A DNA stretch of 36,184 nt from Candidatus Nanopelagicales bacterium (GTDB taxonomy: Bacteria; Actinomycetota; Actinomycetes; S36-B12; UBA5976), in the NCBI GenBank assembly GCA_023257525.1, contig JALRCB010000002.1, positions 1-36,184 on the forward strand, read 5' to 3'. The notes under the pieces were generated by a model that saw nothing but the letters and a program-made list of their open reading frames with translations, searched no databases and had not been told where the DNA came from. The first letter of the stretch is position 1. The number at the start of each line of letters is the position of its first letter. Position numbers and translations under genes: made by a program. Of this stretch, positions 1 to 7,860 are shown one piece after another.

Positions 1-26
1 ATGAGCGCCTAGCCTATGCAACAAGC

Positions 27-1115
27 TTGGCACTTTTAGGTGGCAATTTGGTCAAACGCGGGGTCGAGCAGGCCGATTTGAAACCTTCAGACCCGATGTG
101 GCTGAAGACCGAGCAAATCCTTGCCGATCACCACAGTAAATTCAGCAAGGCGCTCGCACACCACGGTGCTGTCCTCGAGACTATGCAGGCGAATTTACAA
201 GCTGGCTTTGTGAAAATTGGCGCTCTACTCTTAGCAGCGCTTATTGCGGGTATTGCAGCGCTTGCCTCAGCGCTTCAACTTAATAAGCACCTGAGCGAGC
301 AAGGCATCGGCGCAATGAGAGCGCAGTTTCAAGGCTTGCGTTCGCAAATGGATCAACTTGCCCATGCGCAGGCTGCCATGAGTGCTTCCGGGCGAGATCT
401 GTCTGCTGCCGGACGCGCAAGCGCGCGACAGGGTGCTGCCGTTTCGACGCGGTCAAGTGAGCCGGCGAGGGATGAGGGTCGAGAGACCGGGATTCGAGGA
501 TCCGTTATGAGTTCTGCAGTAGCGGCAGGCGTTGCCGCATCGGCTGGTTTGTCGCTTGCTGAGCTTGCAGCCCGCGTTGCGCTTTCGAGCGATTCAGAAG
601 ATGAAAAAGCCAACGAGAACGGATTCGAGGATCAGGATGCCTTGTTGGACGAGTCGAATTCCGATTCGAGGGTATCGGCACAATCGGAAGCAAATGGACA
701 TCAGTCTGGCGGATCAGAGGGACTGGCGCAAGAAATCGGTTCCGAAACAAGCGTTTCGGACGAGTCTGGGATACATACCGGGAGTTCTTTGCAGGAGTCA
801 GCTCAGCCTCACGCGAGTTCTGAATTGACTGCTGAAATTGATATATCCGCGACTGCGGATTCGCCCTTAGGGGGCCTCGCTGTTATGGCTCAGGGTACCA
901 CGGCGACTGAGGCGGAAATTCTTGTGCCCCGGCAGGGTGAGCAATTGGCGGCTGCAAGTAGTAGTGCTGACCCAACTGTTCAACGTGCCGACCTTGAAAC
1001 GTCGCAGGATGCTTCTGCGTCAAGTCCAGATAATCCTAACGGCCAAAATGCCGGTGCTTTACAACCATCAGAAAGCATAAATGCATCAAGGACTACGGAC
1101 GGTGCAAACGCCTGA
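27..1115 (+). CDS. Hypothetical membrane-anchored, acidic Ser/Ala-rich protein; possibly 5'-truncated by the window edge
   Basis: Long ORF with one hydrophobic helix (FVKIGALLLAALIAGIAALASAL), followed by a low-complexity acidic Ser/Glu/Asp-rich tail. The reading frame has no stop between nt 3 and the listed TTG start at 27, so the gene may begin upstream of the window. No recognisable family motif. Confidence 0.45.
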   Translation: MALLGGNLVKRGVEQADLKPSDPMWLKTEQILADHHSKFSKALAHHGAVLETMQANLQAGFVKIGALLLAALIAGIAALASALQLNKHLSEQGIGAMRAQFQGLRSQMDQLAHAQAAMSASGRDLSAAGRASARQGAAVSTRSSEPARDEGRETGIRGSVMSSAVAAGVAASAGLSLAELAARVALSSDSEDEKANENGFEDQDALLDESNSDSRVSAQSEANGHQSGGSEGLAQEIGSETSVSDESGIHTGSSLQESAQPHASSELTAEIDISATADSPLGGLAVMAQGTTATEAEILVPRQGEQLAAASSSADPTVQRADLETSQDASASSPDNPNGQNAGALQPSESINASRTTDGANA

Positions 1116-1476
1116 TACCAGTGATCGCTACATGCTTGTAAGCTTTGACGGAAGGCGCTACGCAATACCGCTAAAAATGTTGGAACGTGTGGTTGCTAAC
1201 ACACGGTGCGACCCCTGGATAGGCCGAGGCGATGTAAAAGGATACTCACACGTCGCAGGTTGGATGGTCTGGATACTCGATGCGAGCCAGGTTTTCGTCG
1301 ATTTTGAGGAGGTAAACGTTAATGGCAGTTGGCTTTTGGTTCTAAAGGAAGAACTTGGCCTTTCTAGGGTCGGCGTGCTTGCAGACGATATTAAAGGACC
1401 AGTTTCCCAGTCTAAATTGCAACATATCAAAAGACTTCAGCGCAGGAGTCTCGAAATGTCCCTAGACCAGCGGTAA
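1081..1476 (+). CDS. Small CheW-like domain protein
   Basis: YMLVSFDGRRYAIPLKMLERVV, VKGYSHVAGWMVWILDASQVF and WLLVLKEE..RVGVLADDIKGPV match the pattern of CheW-domain beta-strands (FLvF.lg.e.YaiPi..V.Ei / ikGvinlRG.ivPviDL / vivv....vGllVDeV). Alternative ATG at 1132 (MLVSF...) would avoid overlap with the previous ORF. The stop overlaps the next ATG (TAATG at 1474-1478). Confidence 0.55.
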   Translation: MHQGLRTVQTPDTSDRYMLVSFDGRRYAIPLKMLERVVANTRCDPWIGRGDVKGYSHVAGWMVWILDASQVFVDFEEVNVNGSWLLVLKEELGLSRVGVLADDIKGPVSQSKLQHIKRLQRRSLEMSLDQR

Positions 1477-3278
1477 TGATGCGCGCTCTTGAAAAGGGGC
1501 GGAGCCTTGTCAGCCCGCTTGGCCCGTTCTTTGTTCGTTACGGGCTGGTTTTAGTTCTTTCTATGGGTATGGTCGTTTGTATTTACCTTGGTGATCGCTT
1601 CGAACGTGAATTTACGGCCAATTTAGAGCAGGGATTTCAGCAACGCGTTGAACTCGGAGATTTAGCATCGTCTGTTCATCAGCTTCGGAAAATACTTGAA
1701 TCACCACGGGCCTTAGACCCAGGGTTTGTAGGTGGTCTCGTTGAAAGGATGAAGGAAGTTGAGGTTAAGGCTAAGGCTCAAGTAGATGCCGGTCGCATAG
1801 GCGAAATCTCGCTACCCACAAAAGAGCTTACTGTAATCGTCGGTATGCAACAAGGATTTGAGAGGTTGTCTGCGAGCGCAGGGCAGGTTGAGCGAGCGCA
1901 TAGCTTAAAACTAGCAATAAAGCCCCCCGAATCAGTCGATGGACCAGCGCTAAAGCGAGTGGGGGGGCTTCTTGATGACTATGTCAATGCTGCGGGTGCC
2001 TTGCGCAACTCACGTAGTGCTTCCTCGGGGTTAACATCCCTGCAGCAAGCTACCATGGCACTGGGAGAGAATCTGATCTCTGCTACAGTGGAATCGCGCC
2101 GAAAAACGACAGCTCAGGCATGGAGAGATGTCTTATTCCTTCTTCCTGCAGAGCGAGGCGATCTAGTCGATAGACTCCTTGCCGATGGACGCATGCTTGA
2201 AGATCTACAGAATCAGCGCCTCCGCGCCTTGTCGCGCCTTGAGCAAGTCGCAGCAAAGATCGATAGTGCGGAACGTCTGCTGCTCCAAAGTCGTTCGTCA
2301 GGCGGATTACTAGTTGTCTCGACCATTCTTACCTGGAGTGGGGTACTGTGTGGATTGCTGGGAATATTATCTAACGTTATTCAGCTTATTAGGTTGAACC
2401 GCATCACGGGTCGATCTTCGCATGAATCCCTCGAGTTGCTTGTTCCGCGGAGTGTACTAGCGACAGAACAGCACGATAACGGGTATGCTAAGACGACCGA
2501 TAACTCGTTGAATCCGACTGCCTCGGAAGAAGAGCAACTAATGGCCTCCCGAATTGCCAACGAGATCGTGCGGAAAGGAGCACGCGGTAGCGATAGTGAA
2601 GCTTTCATTGATGTAGCGTCCGAGGCACATACCGTCGTTGAATCAAAGGTTCAAGCGAAGCAAATTGTTTCCCTTGAATCGGAACCAGTAGAGAGTGTGA
2701 CCTCTGGCTATTGGATAGCCTCTGGTTCGATGGCAGAGCGCCGGGTTGCACTTCTCGATAGGCAGTCGCTTCAGCTTGAGCAGCATGTTCGAGCAGTCAT
2801 GGCCGCGGCTGAGACTTTGGCGGGTAGGATTGACGTTGTTGAGCAGTCACTGCAGCTGGCGGCAGAGGTTGATAGCGTTAATTCGGTTCAGGAATTGAGT
2901 GGGTTTCGACGTCGCATGGAAGAGCTGCAGTCAATTGCTATGAACCTATCGCTTGAAGTCGGAAATGGGGAGGCTCGTGAATCGACCCTCGACGAACTAG
3001 AGCGATTCAGCGACGAGCTTGAGGGTATGTCCGAAGAAGCAAAGCGTATCGTCGCTACCCAATCTGAGGGTGCATATGATCGACGTATTAGGTTGTCACT
3101 TGACGAGGCGCGTCGCATGGCTGCGGCAGCTGACACGTTGAGAGAACGAACTGAGCTTCTACTTGATGACGCACAGCGGTTTCGCAGGCACAGTGAGGCA
3201 TTGATTCGAGGTATCCAGGAGGGCGCTGTAGCTGAGTTGCCAGCTTCATATGTGCGACAACGAAGTATTGATGGCTAA
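1476..3278 (+). CDS. Two-TM membrane protein with MCP-like topology (helical periplasmic domain plus cytoplasmic coiled coil); function unknown
   Basis: TM1 is FFVRYGLVLVLSMGMVVCIYL and TM2 is LLVVSTILTWSGVLCGLLGILSNVIQLI, separated by about 240 aa of helical sequence. The C-terminal part is about 290 aa of heptad-like, E/R/L-rich sequence. Segment LQSIAMNLSLEVGNGEARES..FSDELEGMSEEAKRIV only weakly resembles the MCP hairpin tip (IA.QTNLLALNAAIEAARAGE.GRGFAVVA.EVR.LAerS). Translationally coupled to the preceding CheW-like gene. Confidence 0.5.
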   Translation: MMRALEKGRSLVSPLGPFFVRYGLVLVLSMGMVVCIYLGDRFEREFTANLEQGFQQRVELGDLASSVHQLRKILESPRALDPGFVGGLVERMKEVEVKAKAQVDAGRIGEISLPTKELTVIVGMQQGFERLSASAGQVERAHSLKLAIKPPESVDGPALKRVGGLLDDYVNAAGALRNSRSASSGLTSLQQATMALGENLISATVESRRKTTAQAWRDVLFLLPAERGDLVDRLLADGRMLEDLQNQRLRALSRLEQVAAKIDSAERLLLQSRSSGGLLVVSTILTWSGVLCGLLGILSNVIQLIRLNRITGRSSHESLELLVPRSVLATEQHDNGYAKTTDNSLNPTASEEEQLMASRIANEIVRKGARGSDSEAFIDVASEAHTVVESKVQAKQIVSLESEPVESVTSGYWIASGSMAERRVALLDRQSLQLEQHVRAVMAAAETLAGRIDVVEQSLQLAAEVDSVNSVQELSGFRRRMEELQSIAMNLSLEVGNGEARESTLDELERFSDELEGMSEEAKRIVATQSEGAYDRRIRLSLDEARRMAAAADTLRERTELLLDDAQRFRRHSEALIRGIQEGAVAELPASYVRQRSIDG

Positions 3279-3289
3279 GTGATTGGTAG

Positions 3290-4651
3290 GTGGTCGTGGA
3301 CGATCCAAACGATGATTTGTTCCTAATCGACGCAGAACAAGCCGTCCAGGAAATGTTGCAATATGGCAAGGGAGAAGGAGAGTTTTCTGTCGAAAGGGTA
3401 ATCGCAACCTCTGATTACCTAGCGTCGCTTCTCTGGTCAATTGGACTCGCAGATCATGGCGAAGCTGTTGATACCTTGTCACGTCATTTGAAAGAACTCG
3501 ATGCTGTATCTTCAAGGCGGTTGGCAAGAGACCTCTCAAGCTTGGTGATCGAGCAAATTCAAGCGATCAAGGCCGGGGATTCTATGAGAGATCAATCAAT
3601 AGCCCTGGGCCAACTTAAGGCGAGATTTCAGGACGCTTTTCCTGAAATCTCCAGAGCAGCAAATGGTGGCCAGAGTCAACAGGATGTTTCACAACCTACA
3701 AAAACAGCGTCAGGCCTTGATGAAGAACTCATTCGAGACGCTGCCGCAGCACTGCATGCCGTTGACCATTTAGCGAGTCTTCTAGGGAAGCAAACACCCC
3801 TGCACCAAGACAATCGCGATGGGATCAATGGCGATTCTCTGGATATCCCGAATTCACGTGTTAGCAATTCAGTTGTTTGCGAAGAGCTAGAACTAAATGA
3901 GGGGAAGGTGGTGAAACCACTGGAGAGCGAAGCTTACTCTCAGCCATGGTCTAACCCTTCAAAAGGGTCGAGTGCCTCGACCTTTGGGGACAACACATAC
4001 ACTGTTGACGAATCATTTCGCAAAGCCGTTGCGTTTCAAGGAATGGAGCCATGGCGTCAAGGGTTTTTAGGCGTATTAGAGTCGATTGATCAGATCGATC
4101 GGGTCGAATTAAGCCGTTGCCTGCCTAATTTCTTAATGCTTCGAGACGATACTGATATCGCTATGAGTGCGACATTAGGTAGAGCTTTGTTTGACCTTTT
4201 TTCGGTGGCCACGGGCAGTTCAGGTTTGGTTGAAGCTTCGTCTTCAGGAAACACAATTTCGTTAACGATTGAATTTAAGGTCCTTCCAGTCGTACCACAA
4301 CTCGGTTTACGAGTGCAGAGTCTTGGTGGGCGAGTACACATCGACTATAAGTTAAATCGCCTGAGTCTTACGCTGCCTACTTCCCTGCGATTGGTTAGAC
4401 TTGTTCAAGTCAAGATCGGCGAGAGACGATTTGCCTTTTCTTGGGCACAATTCATTAGTCATCGAGAATATGGAGAAGGGAAGACTATAGAGTTGCTAAT
4501 CGGGGATCACAGCGAATCGATTGTCGTTGATAGCATGGAAAGTCCTGCTATAGCGATCCGATATGAACTTCCTCGTGAATTTTGGAAACGTGATCAATAC
4601 AAGGGGATTGCGCTGACTGATCAGGGTCAATTTATCCCGATTTATGGGTGA
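3290..4651 (+). CDS. CheA-like protein lacking kinase motifs (P4 remnant plus CheW-like P5 domain); putative pseudokinase or scaffold
   Basis: GTG start preceded by GGTAGG. VQSLGGRVHIDYKLNRLSLTLPTSLRLVRLVQVKIGERRFAFSW aligns by eye with the CheA P4/P5 junction (MGG.v.i.S..G.GTt..i.LPLTLAIldgl.VrVgde.yaiPl). IELLIGDHSESIVVDSM and YKGIALTDQGQFIPIY resemble the end of P5 (lLvVDellGq.qvVvK / isGATILGDGrValIlD). G-box glycines (GxGT) and DDGxG are not present: LNR and IEFKV occupy those places. The stop overlaps the flgA start by 8 nt. Confidence 0.5.
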   Translation: MVVDDPNDDLFLIDAEQAVQEMLQYGKGEGEFSVERVIATSDYLASLLWSIGLADHGEAVDTLSRHLKELDAVSSRRLARDLSSLVIEQIQAIKAGDSMRDQSIALGQLKARFQDAFPEISRAANGGQSQQDVSQPTKTASGLDEELIRDAAAALHAVDHLASLLGKQTPLHQDNRDGINGDSLDIPNSRVSNSVVCEELELNEGKVVKPLESEAYSQPWSNPSKGSSASTFGDNTYTVDESFRKAVAFQGMEPWRQGFLGVLESIDQIDRVELSRCLPNFLMLRDDTDIAMSATLGRALFDLFSVATGSSGLVEASSSGNTISLTIEFKVLPVVPQLGLRVQSLGGRVHIDYKLNRLSLTLPTSLRLVRLVQVKIGERRFAFSWAQFISHREYGEGKTIELLIGDHSESIVVDSMESPAIAIRYELPREFWKRDQYKGIALTDQGQFIPIYG

Positions 4652-5357
4652 GATTTTTATCCGTGTTGGGGAGGCGAATGGACCAAAGCGTCTTTTCGCG
4701 GGGATCTTCGCAGTTTGCTTATTTTTCACTGAAGGTGTGCAAGCCAATGCTGAATGGAAGAATGCCATCGAGAAAGTTGTGAGAGACCAGGCTTTGCTTC
4801 AGTCCCAGACGCCATCGGTCGAATGGATTGATCCAAAGACTGATGCATTGCCGCAATGTTTGAATCCAAGAGTTTCTTTGCCTGCTACAACGCGTCCTGT
4901 GGGTCGACTGACTGTCAGTCTTCGTTGTGATTCGACCCGGTGGATTGGATCGCTCCAAATAAATATCAGTGCGCGAAGAAACTACTTGGCCTCATCAAGA
5001 GCGCTTCCTGCCGGTACTGTCATTGCCGAGGAGGACATGATTGCTTCAGAAGGGGATTGGTTCGGCCTTCCGGACGATGTGACAGCAGAGTCACGACTGG
5101 TTATTGGAAAGACGTTATCTAAGGGACTGATGAGCGGTGCACCCATAACCCTAAATTCGCTGCGTCAAACATCCGTTATTAAGAGTGGAGAACGGGTTCG
5201 AGTCGAGTTTGTAGGGGTCGGTTTCGCAGTTAGCGGAGAGGCTTTGGCGCTCGACTCAGGTTCTATCGAGGAGCAAATTAGAGTTCGGATGGCCAACGGG
5301 CAGGTTTTGTCTGTTAGGGTGGTAAAGCGTGGTGTTGTTGAGTTGCGGCGAGATTAA
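4644..5357 (+). CDS. flgA: Flagellar basal-body P-ring formation chaperone FlgA
   Basis: N-terminal signal-like hydrophobic segment. The C-terminal SAF/FlgA pattern is GERVRVEFVGVGFAVSGEALALDSGSIEEQIRVRMANGQVLSVRVVKRGVVEL. Position is immediately upstream of flgM-flgN. Confidence 0.85.
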   Translation: MGEIFIRVGEANGPKRLFAGIFAVCLFFTEGVQANAEWKNAIEKVVRDQALLQSQTPSVEWIDPKTDALPQCLNPRVSLPATTRPVGRLTVSLRCDSTRWIGSLQINISARRNYLASSRALPAGTVIAEEDMIASEGDWFGLPDDVTAESRLVIGKTLSKGLMSGAPITLNSLRQTSVIKSGERVRVEFVGVGFAVSGEALALDSGSIEEQIRVRMANGQVLSVRVVKRGVVELRRD

Positions 5358-5376
5358 TCGCCCGACAAGGGATTAG

Positions 5377-5766
5377 GTGAGCGATATGAACGTCCAATTT
5401 GGAAATGTAGGACAACTTGAGCAGCGTAGTTTGGATTCTTTAAAGGCATCGTCTCCCGGTGTTCAGGATCTGACAAAGCGGGTTGCCGTTGCACAAACAT
5501 CAGCGAAAGCTATTCAAGAGGTTATGGCAAAGTCAGCAGCTGCTGGTCAGTCTGCGACGCCTGCCCCTTCTGCTCAAGTAACTGTTGATGCGGCAAAACT
5601 GGGCAGAATCGCTGCTTCCGAAAAGACCACCGATCCCGATCAACTTGATACCGATAAGCTAGATGCGTTAAAGCAGCAAATTAAAGACGGTTCATTTGAG
5701 ATTGACTTTAGCTTGATAGCGACTCATCTGGCAGATCAAGCTCTGGGCGGCCGCAGTCGACGATAG
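5377..5766 (+). CDS. flgM: Anti-sigma-28 factor FlgM
   Basis: Small, unstructured-looking Ala/Ser/Gln-rich protein with the typical C-terminal motif (KLDALKQQIKDGSFEIDFSLIATHL). Sits between flgA and flgN. GTG at 5377; alternative ATG at 5386. Confidence 0.8.
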   Translation: MSDMNVQFGNVGQLEQRSLDSLKASSPGVQDLTKRVAVAQTSAKAIQEVMAKSAAAGQSATPAPSAQVTVDAAKLGRIAASEKTTDPDQLDTDKLDALKQQIKDGSFEIDFSLIATHLADQALGGRSRR

Positions 5767-5804
5767 TTCGATGACCATTTGGTGCTGAAAGTAATCAATC
5801 GTAA

Positions 5805-6209
5805 GTGACTAATCCGATCATGGGTTGGCAGACCCGGGAACTTATCGAGCAATTTGTGGCAGCGATGGCTCTTCAAAGACAGGCGTTGCTAGATAGTGAT
5901 TGGGATTCCCTCAAGAGAGCGATTGAATTGCTTACTGTCTCACTCACCAACATCAATTCATTTCCTGGCGGGTTGGAAGGTCTATCTGCATCATTAAACG
6001 AGCAGGATGACGAAAGTCGCTCCCAGTTGCGCTTACTATTGAGACAAGGCGACATCGACAGACAAGTCTCGAATACGATGTTGCGGATGAATCTGGCGAG
6101 GTTGAGTGCACTCAACGCGATCATGACATCTTCGCAAGATGTGAATACTTATCAATCAACCCAAGGTTTACCTGAAGATACGCCACAACGCATCTCCCAT
6201 CGCGTTTGA
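5805..6209 (+). CDS. flgN: Flagellar export chaperone FlgN-like
   Basis: 134-aa helical protein directly after flgM, which is the canonical flgMN order. Leu/Gln-rich helical sequence (LIEQFVAAMALQRQALLDSDWDSLKRAIE). GTG at 5805; alternative ATG at 5820. Confidence 0.7.
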   Translation: MTNPIMGWQTRELIEQFVAAMALQRQALLDSDWDSLKRAIELLTVSLTNINSFPGGLEGLSASLNEQDDESRSQLRLLLRQGDIDRQVSNTMLRMNLARLSALNAIMTSSQDVNTYQSTQGLPEDTPQRISHRV

Positions 6210-6217
6210 ATCAGATT

Positions 6218-6928
6218 CTAGTCGCTGCTTCTGGATTCTTCTTGTTCTTTGGCGAGCATCCCTCTCAGTCGAATCATCGCTTGCGTATGAAGCTGAGAAA
6301 TCCTACCTGGTGTTAGATCAAGAACGTAAGCGACTTCTCTAAAGCTTAAGTCTTGTTGATAGTGAAGAGCGAGAACCATGCGTTCGCGTTCAGGTAATTC
6401 TTTGAGTTTTTCCTCAATTCGCGCTGCTAACTGTTTGTGTTGTAGCGCTTTCATTTGATCTGCGTTCTCGTCTACGACATCCGGGAGTTCGTCGTCAACG
6501 ACAGTGATGCTCATGGCCGAGTCTAGAACGGCAAAATAATCATCAATACTCAACCCTAAGTGACTAGCGATCTCGTTATCTTCAGGCGGACGTCCTAAAG
6601 TTTGACGCAGCTCTTCAGCAGCCCGTTCGATCTGAGTGAGTCGGTCGCGGACATGCCGCGGGATAACATCATCTTCACGGAGCGAATCGTAGATTGATCC
6701 TCGAATACGGGCCTTCGCATAGGTTTCGAAGGATGCTCCAGGTTTAGGTTCGTAACGGTTGATCGCGTCGAGTAAACCCATCATACCTTCTTGGATTAAG
6801 TCGTCCAACTGCACATTTCTAGGTAATCGGGATGCAACTTGGACTGCGATGCGTCGAACCATCGGGGCGTATTGCTTTAGCTGTGCCTCAACGGTGTCGG
6901 TGTCGGAACCATACTTCCGCGGGCGCAT
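6218..6928 (-). CDS. fliA: Flagellar sigma factor FliA (sigma-28)
   Basis: Sigma-70 family region 2 (DLIQEGMMGLLDAINRYEPKPGASFETYAKARIRGSIYDSLR) and region 4 HTH (LSFREVAYVLDLTPGRISQLHTQAMIRLR). Length 236 aa. Lies downstream of flhF-flhG. Confidence 0.95.
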   Translation of the reverse strand: MRPRKYGSDTDTVEAQLKQYAPMVRRIAVQVASRLPRNVQLDDLIQEGMMGLLDAINRYEPKPGASFETYAKARIRGSIYDSLREDDVIPRHVRDRLTQIERAAEELRQTLGRPPEDNEIASHLGLSIDDYFAVLDSAMSITVVDDELPDVVDENADQMKALQHKQLAARIEEKLKELPERERMVLALHYQQDLSFREVAYVLDLTPGRISQLHTQAMIRLRGMLAKEQEESRSSD

Positions 6929-6963
6929 GTCGCAACTACTCTCTCGTCGAGATCAACAAAAGC

Positions 6964-7839
6964 TCAGGCAGATGCCTGCGAGTCGACGTCTTCCACCGAC
7001 TCAGACCTTGTTGAAACGCTAAGGGCGGAGTGATCTTTAATCACACCCTCGGGGAAGATTCTGCTCGCCATGAGTCTGTAAAGACTGGAAGGCATCATCG
7101 GCTCACTTTCGTCACCCTGCGCGGTTGCAAACTGCATTGCGCGGACCCATCCCAAGTAATCAAGAGGTTGATCAAGGAGTTCGTAGGCTTGACGTTGCAG
7201 TGACTCGAATGATTCATCGCCGATTTCTTGCGATCCACCGCCTACTGAAAGCACTGGAATCGGAGATCCACCAAAAAGCACGGCGAGCTCACTCACCATC
7301 TTCAAGCTTTTTTCGATTGCTGTGTCTCCAGTTCCAGATATCAGGATGTGTTCCATATCGTCTGCGAACAACTGGTGGGTGCTTCGATGGGGATCGGTGC
7401 TCGCGACAATCACAACATCCACGTCGATACCTGCTTGTTGTAAACGCTCCGCCAGGGTGGGGGGTTTTGCCTTCTTATCCTCTTTCGCTCGTCGGAGCTT
7501 TGTTGCAACGCAGTACCAAAGCCGGTCACCTACCGGTTTTACTACCTTTTCGATGCCAATCAGACCAGAAAACACTTGGCCAAGGTCATACCGAACCGGA
7601 AATGGCGTACCACCTAATAAGCTTCGATTAGACATGGGGACTTCGTCAACTAACAAAACCCTTTGGCCTGCTCGCCTTAGTGCATTTGCAGCACCAAGCG
7701 CAACCATCACAGTTGGGTCACCGTGTAGGGAACTAACAAGGCACCAAACCCGAGCATAACCTTCTCCGAAAAGCTGTCGGAGACCTGCTGCCTGATCTGA
7801 TTGGCCAAGACCTGAGCTAGGGCTTTGATTTTCCGTCAT
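6964..7839 (-). CDS. flhG: FlhG/FleN-like MinD/ParA-fold flagellar number regulator with a degenerate Walker A motif
   Basis: Canonical position between flhF and fliA. The N-terminal DQAAGLRQL matches the FlhF-activating DQAxxLR motif. MinD-like core is RVWCLVSSLHGDPTVMVALGAANALRRAGQRVLLVDE, but SSLHGDPTV replaces the deviant Walker A GKGGVGKT. Confidence 0.8.
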   Translation of the reverse strand: MTENQSPSSGLGQSDQAAGLRQLFGEGYARVWCLVSSLHGDPTVMVALGAANALRRAGQRVLLVDEVPMSNRSLLGGTPFPVRYDLGQVFSGLIGIEKVVKPVGDRLWYCVATKLRRAKEDKKAKPPTLAERLQQAGIDVDVVIVASTDPHRSTHQLFADDMEHILISGTGDTAIEKSLKMVSELAVLFGGSPIPVLSVGGGSQEIGDESFESLQRQAYELLDQPLDYLGWVRAMQFATAQGDESEPMMPSSLYRLMASRIFPEGVIKDHSALSVSTRSESVEDVDSQASA

Positions 7840-7860
7840 TGTCGTTATCTACAGGGTTGG

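Noticed and set aside
7125-7759. Plus-strand ORFs of 168 and 145 aa inside the flhG region, and 8777-9337 inside flhF
   Set aside because: They are antisense shadows of flhG and flhF. They have no family motifs, and the minus-strand genes fully explain the region.
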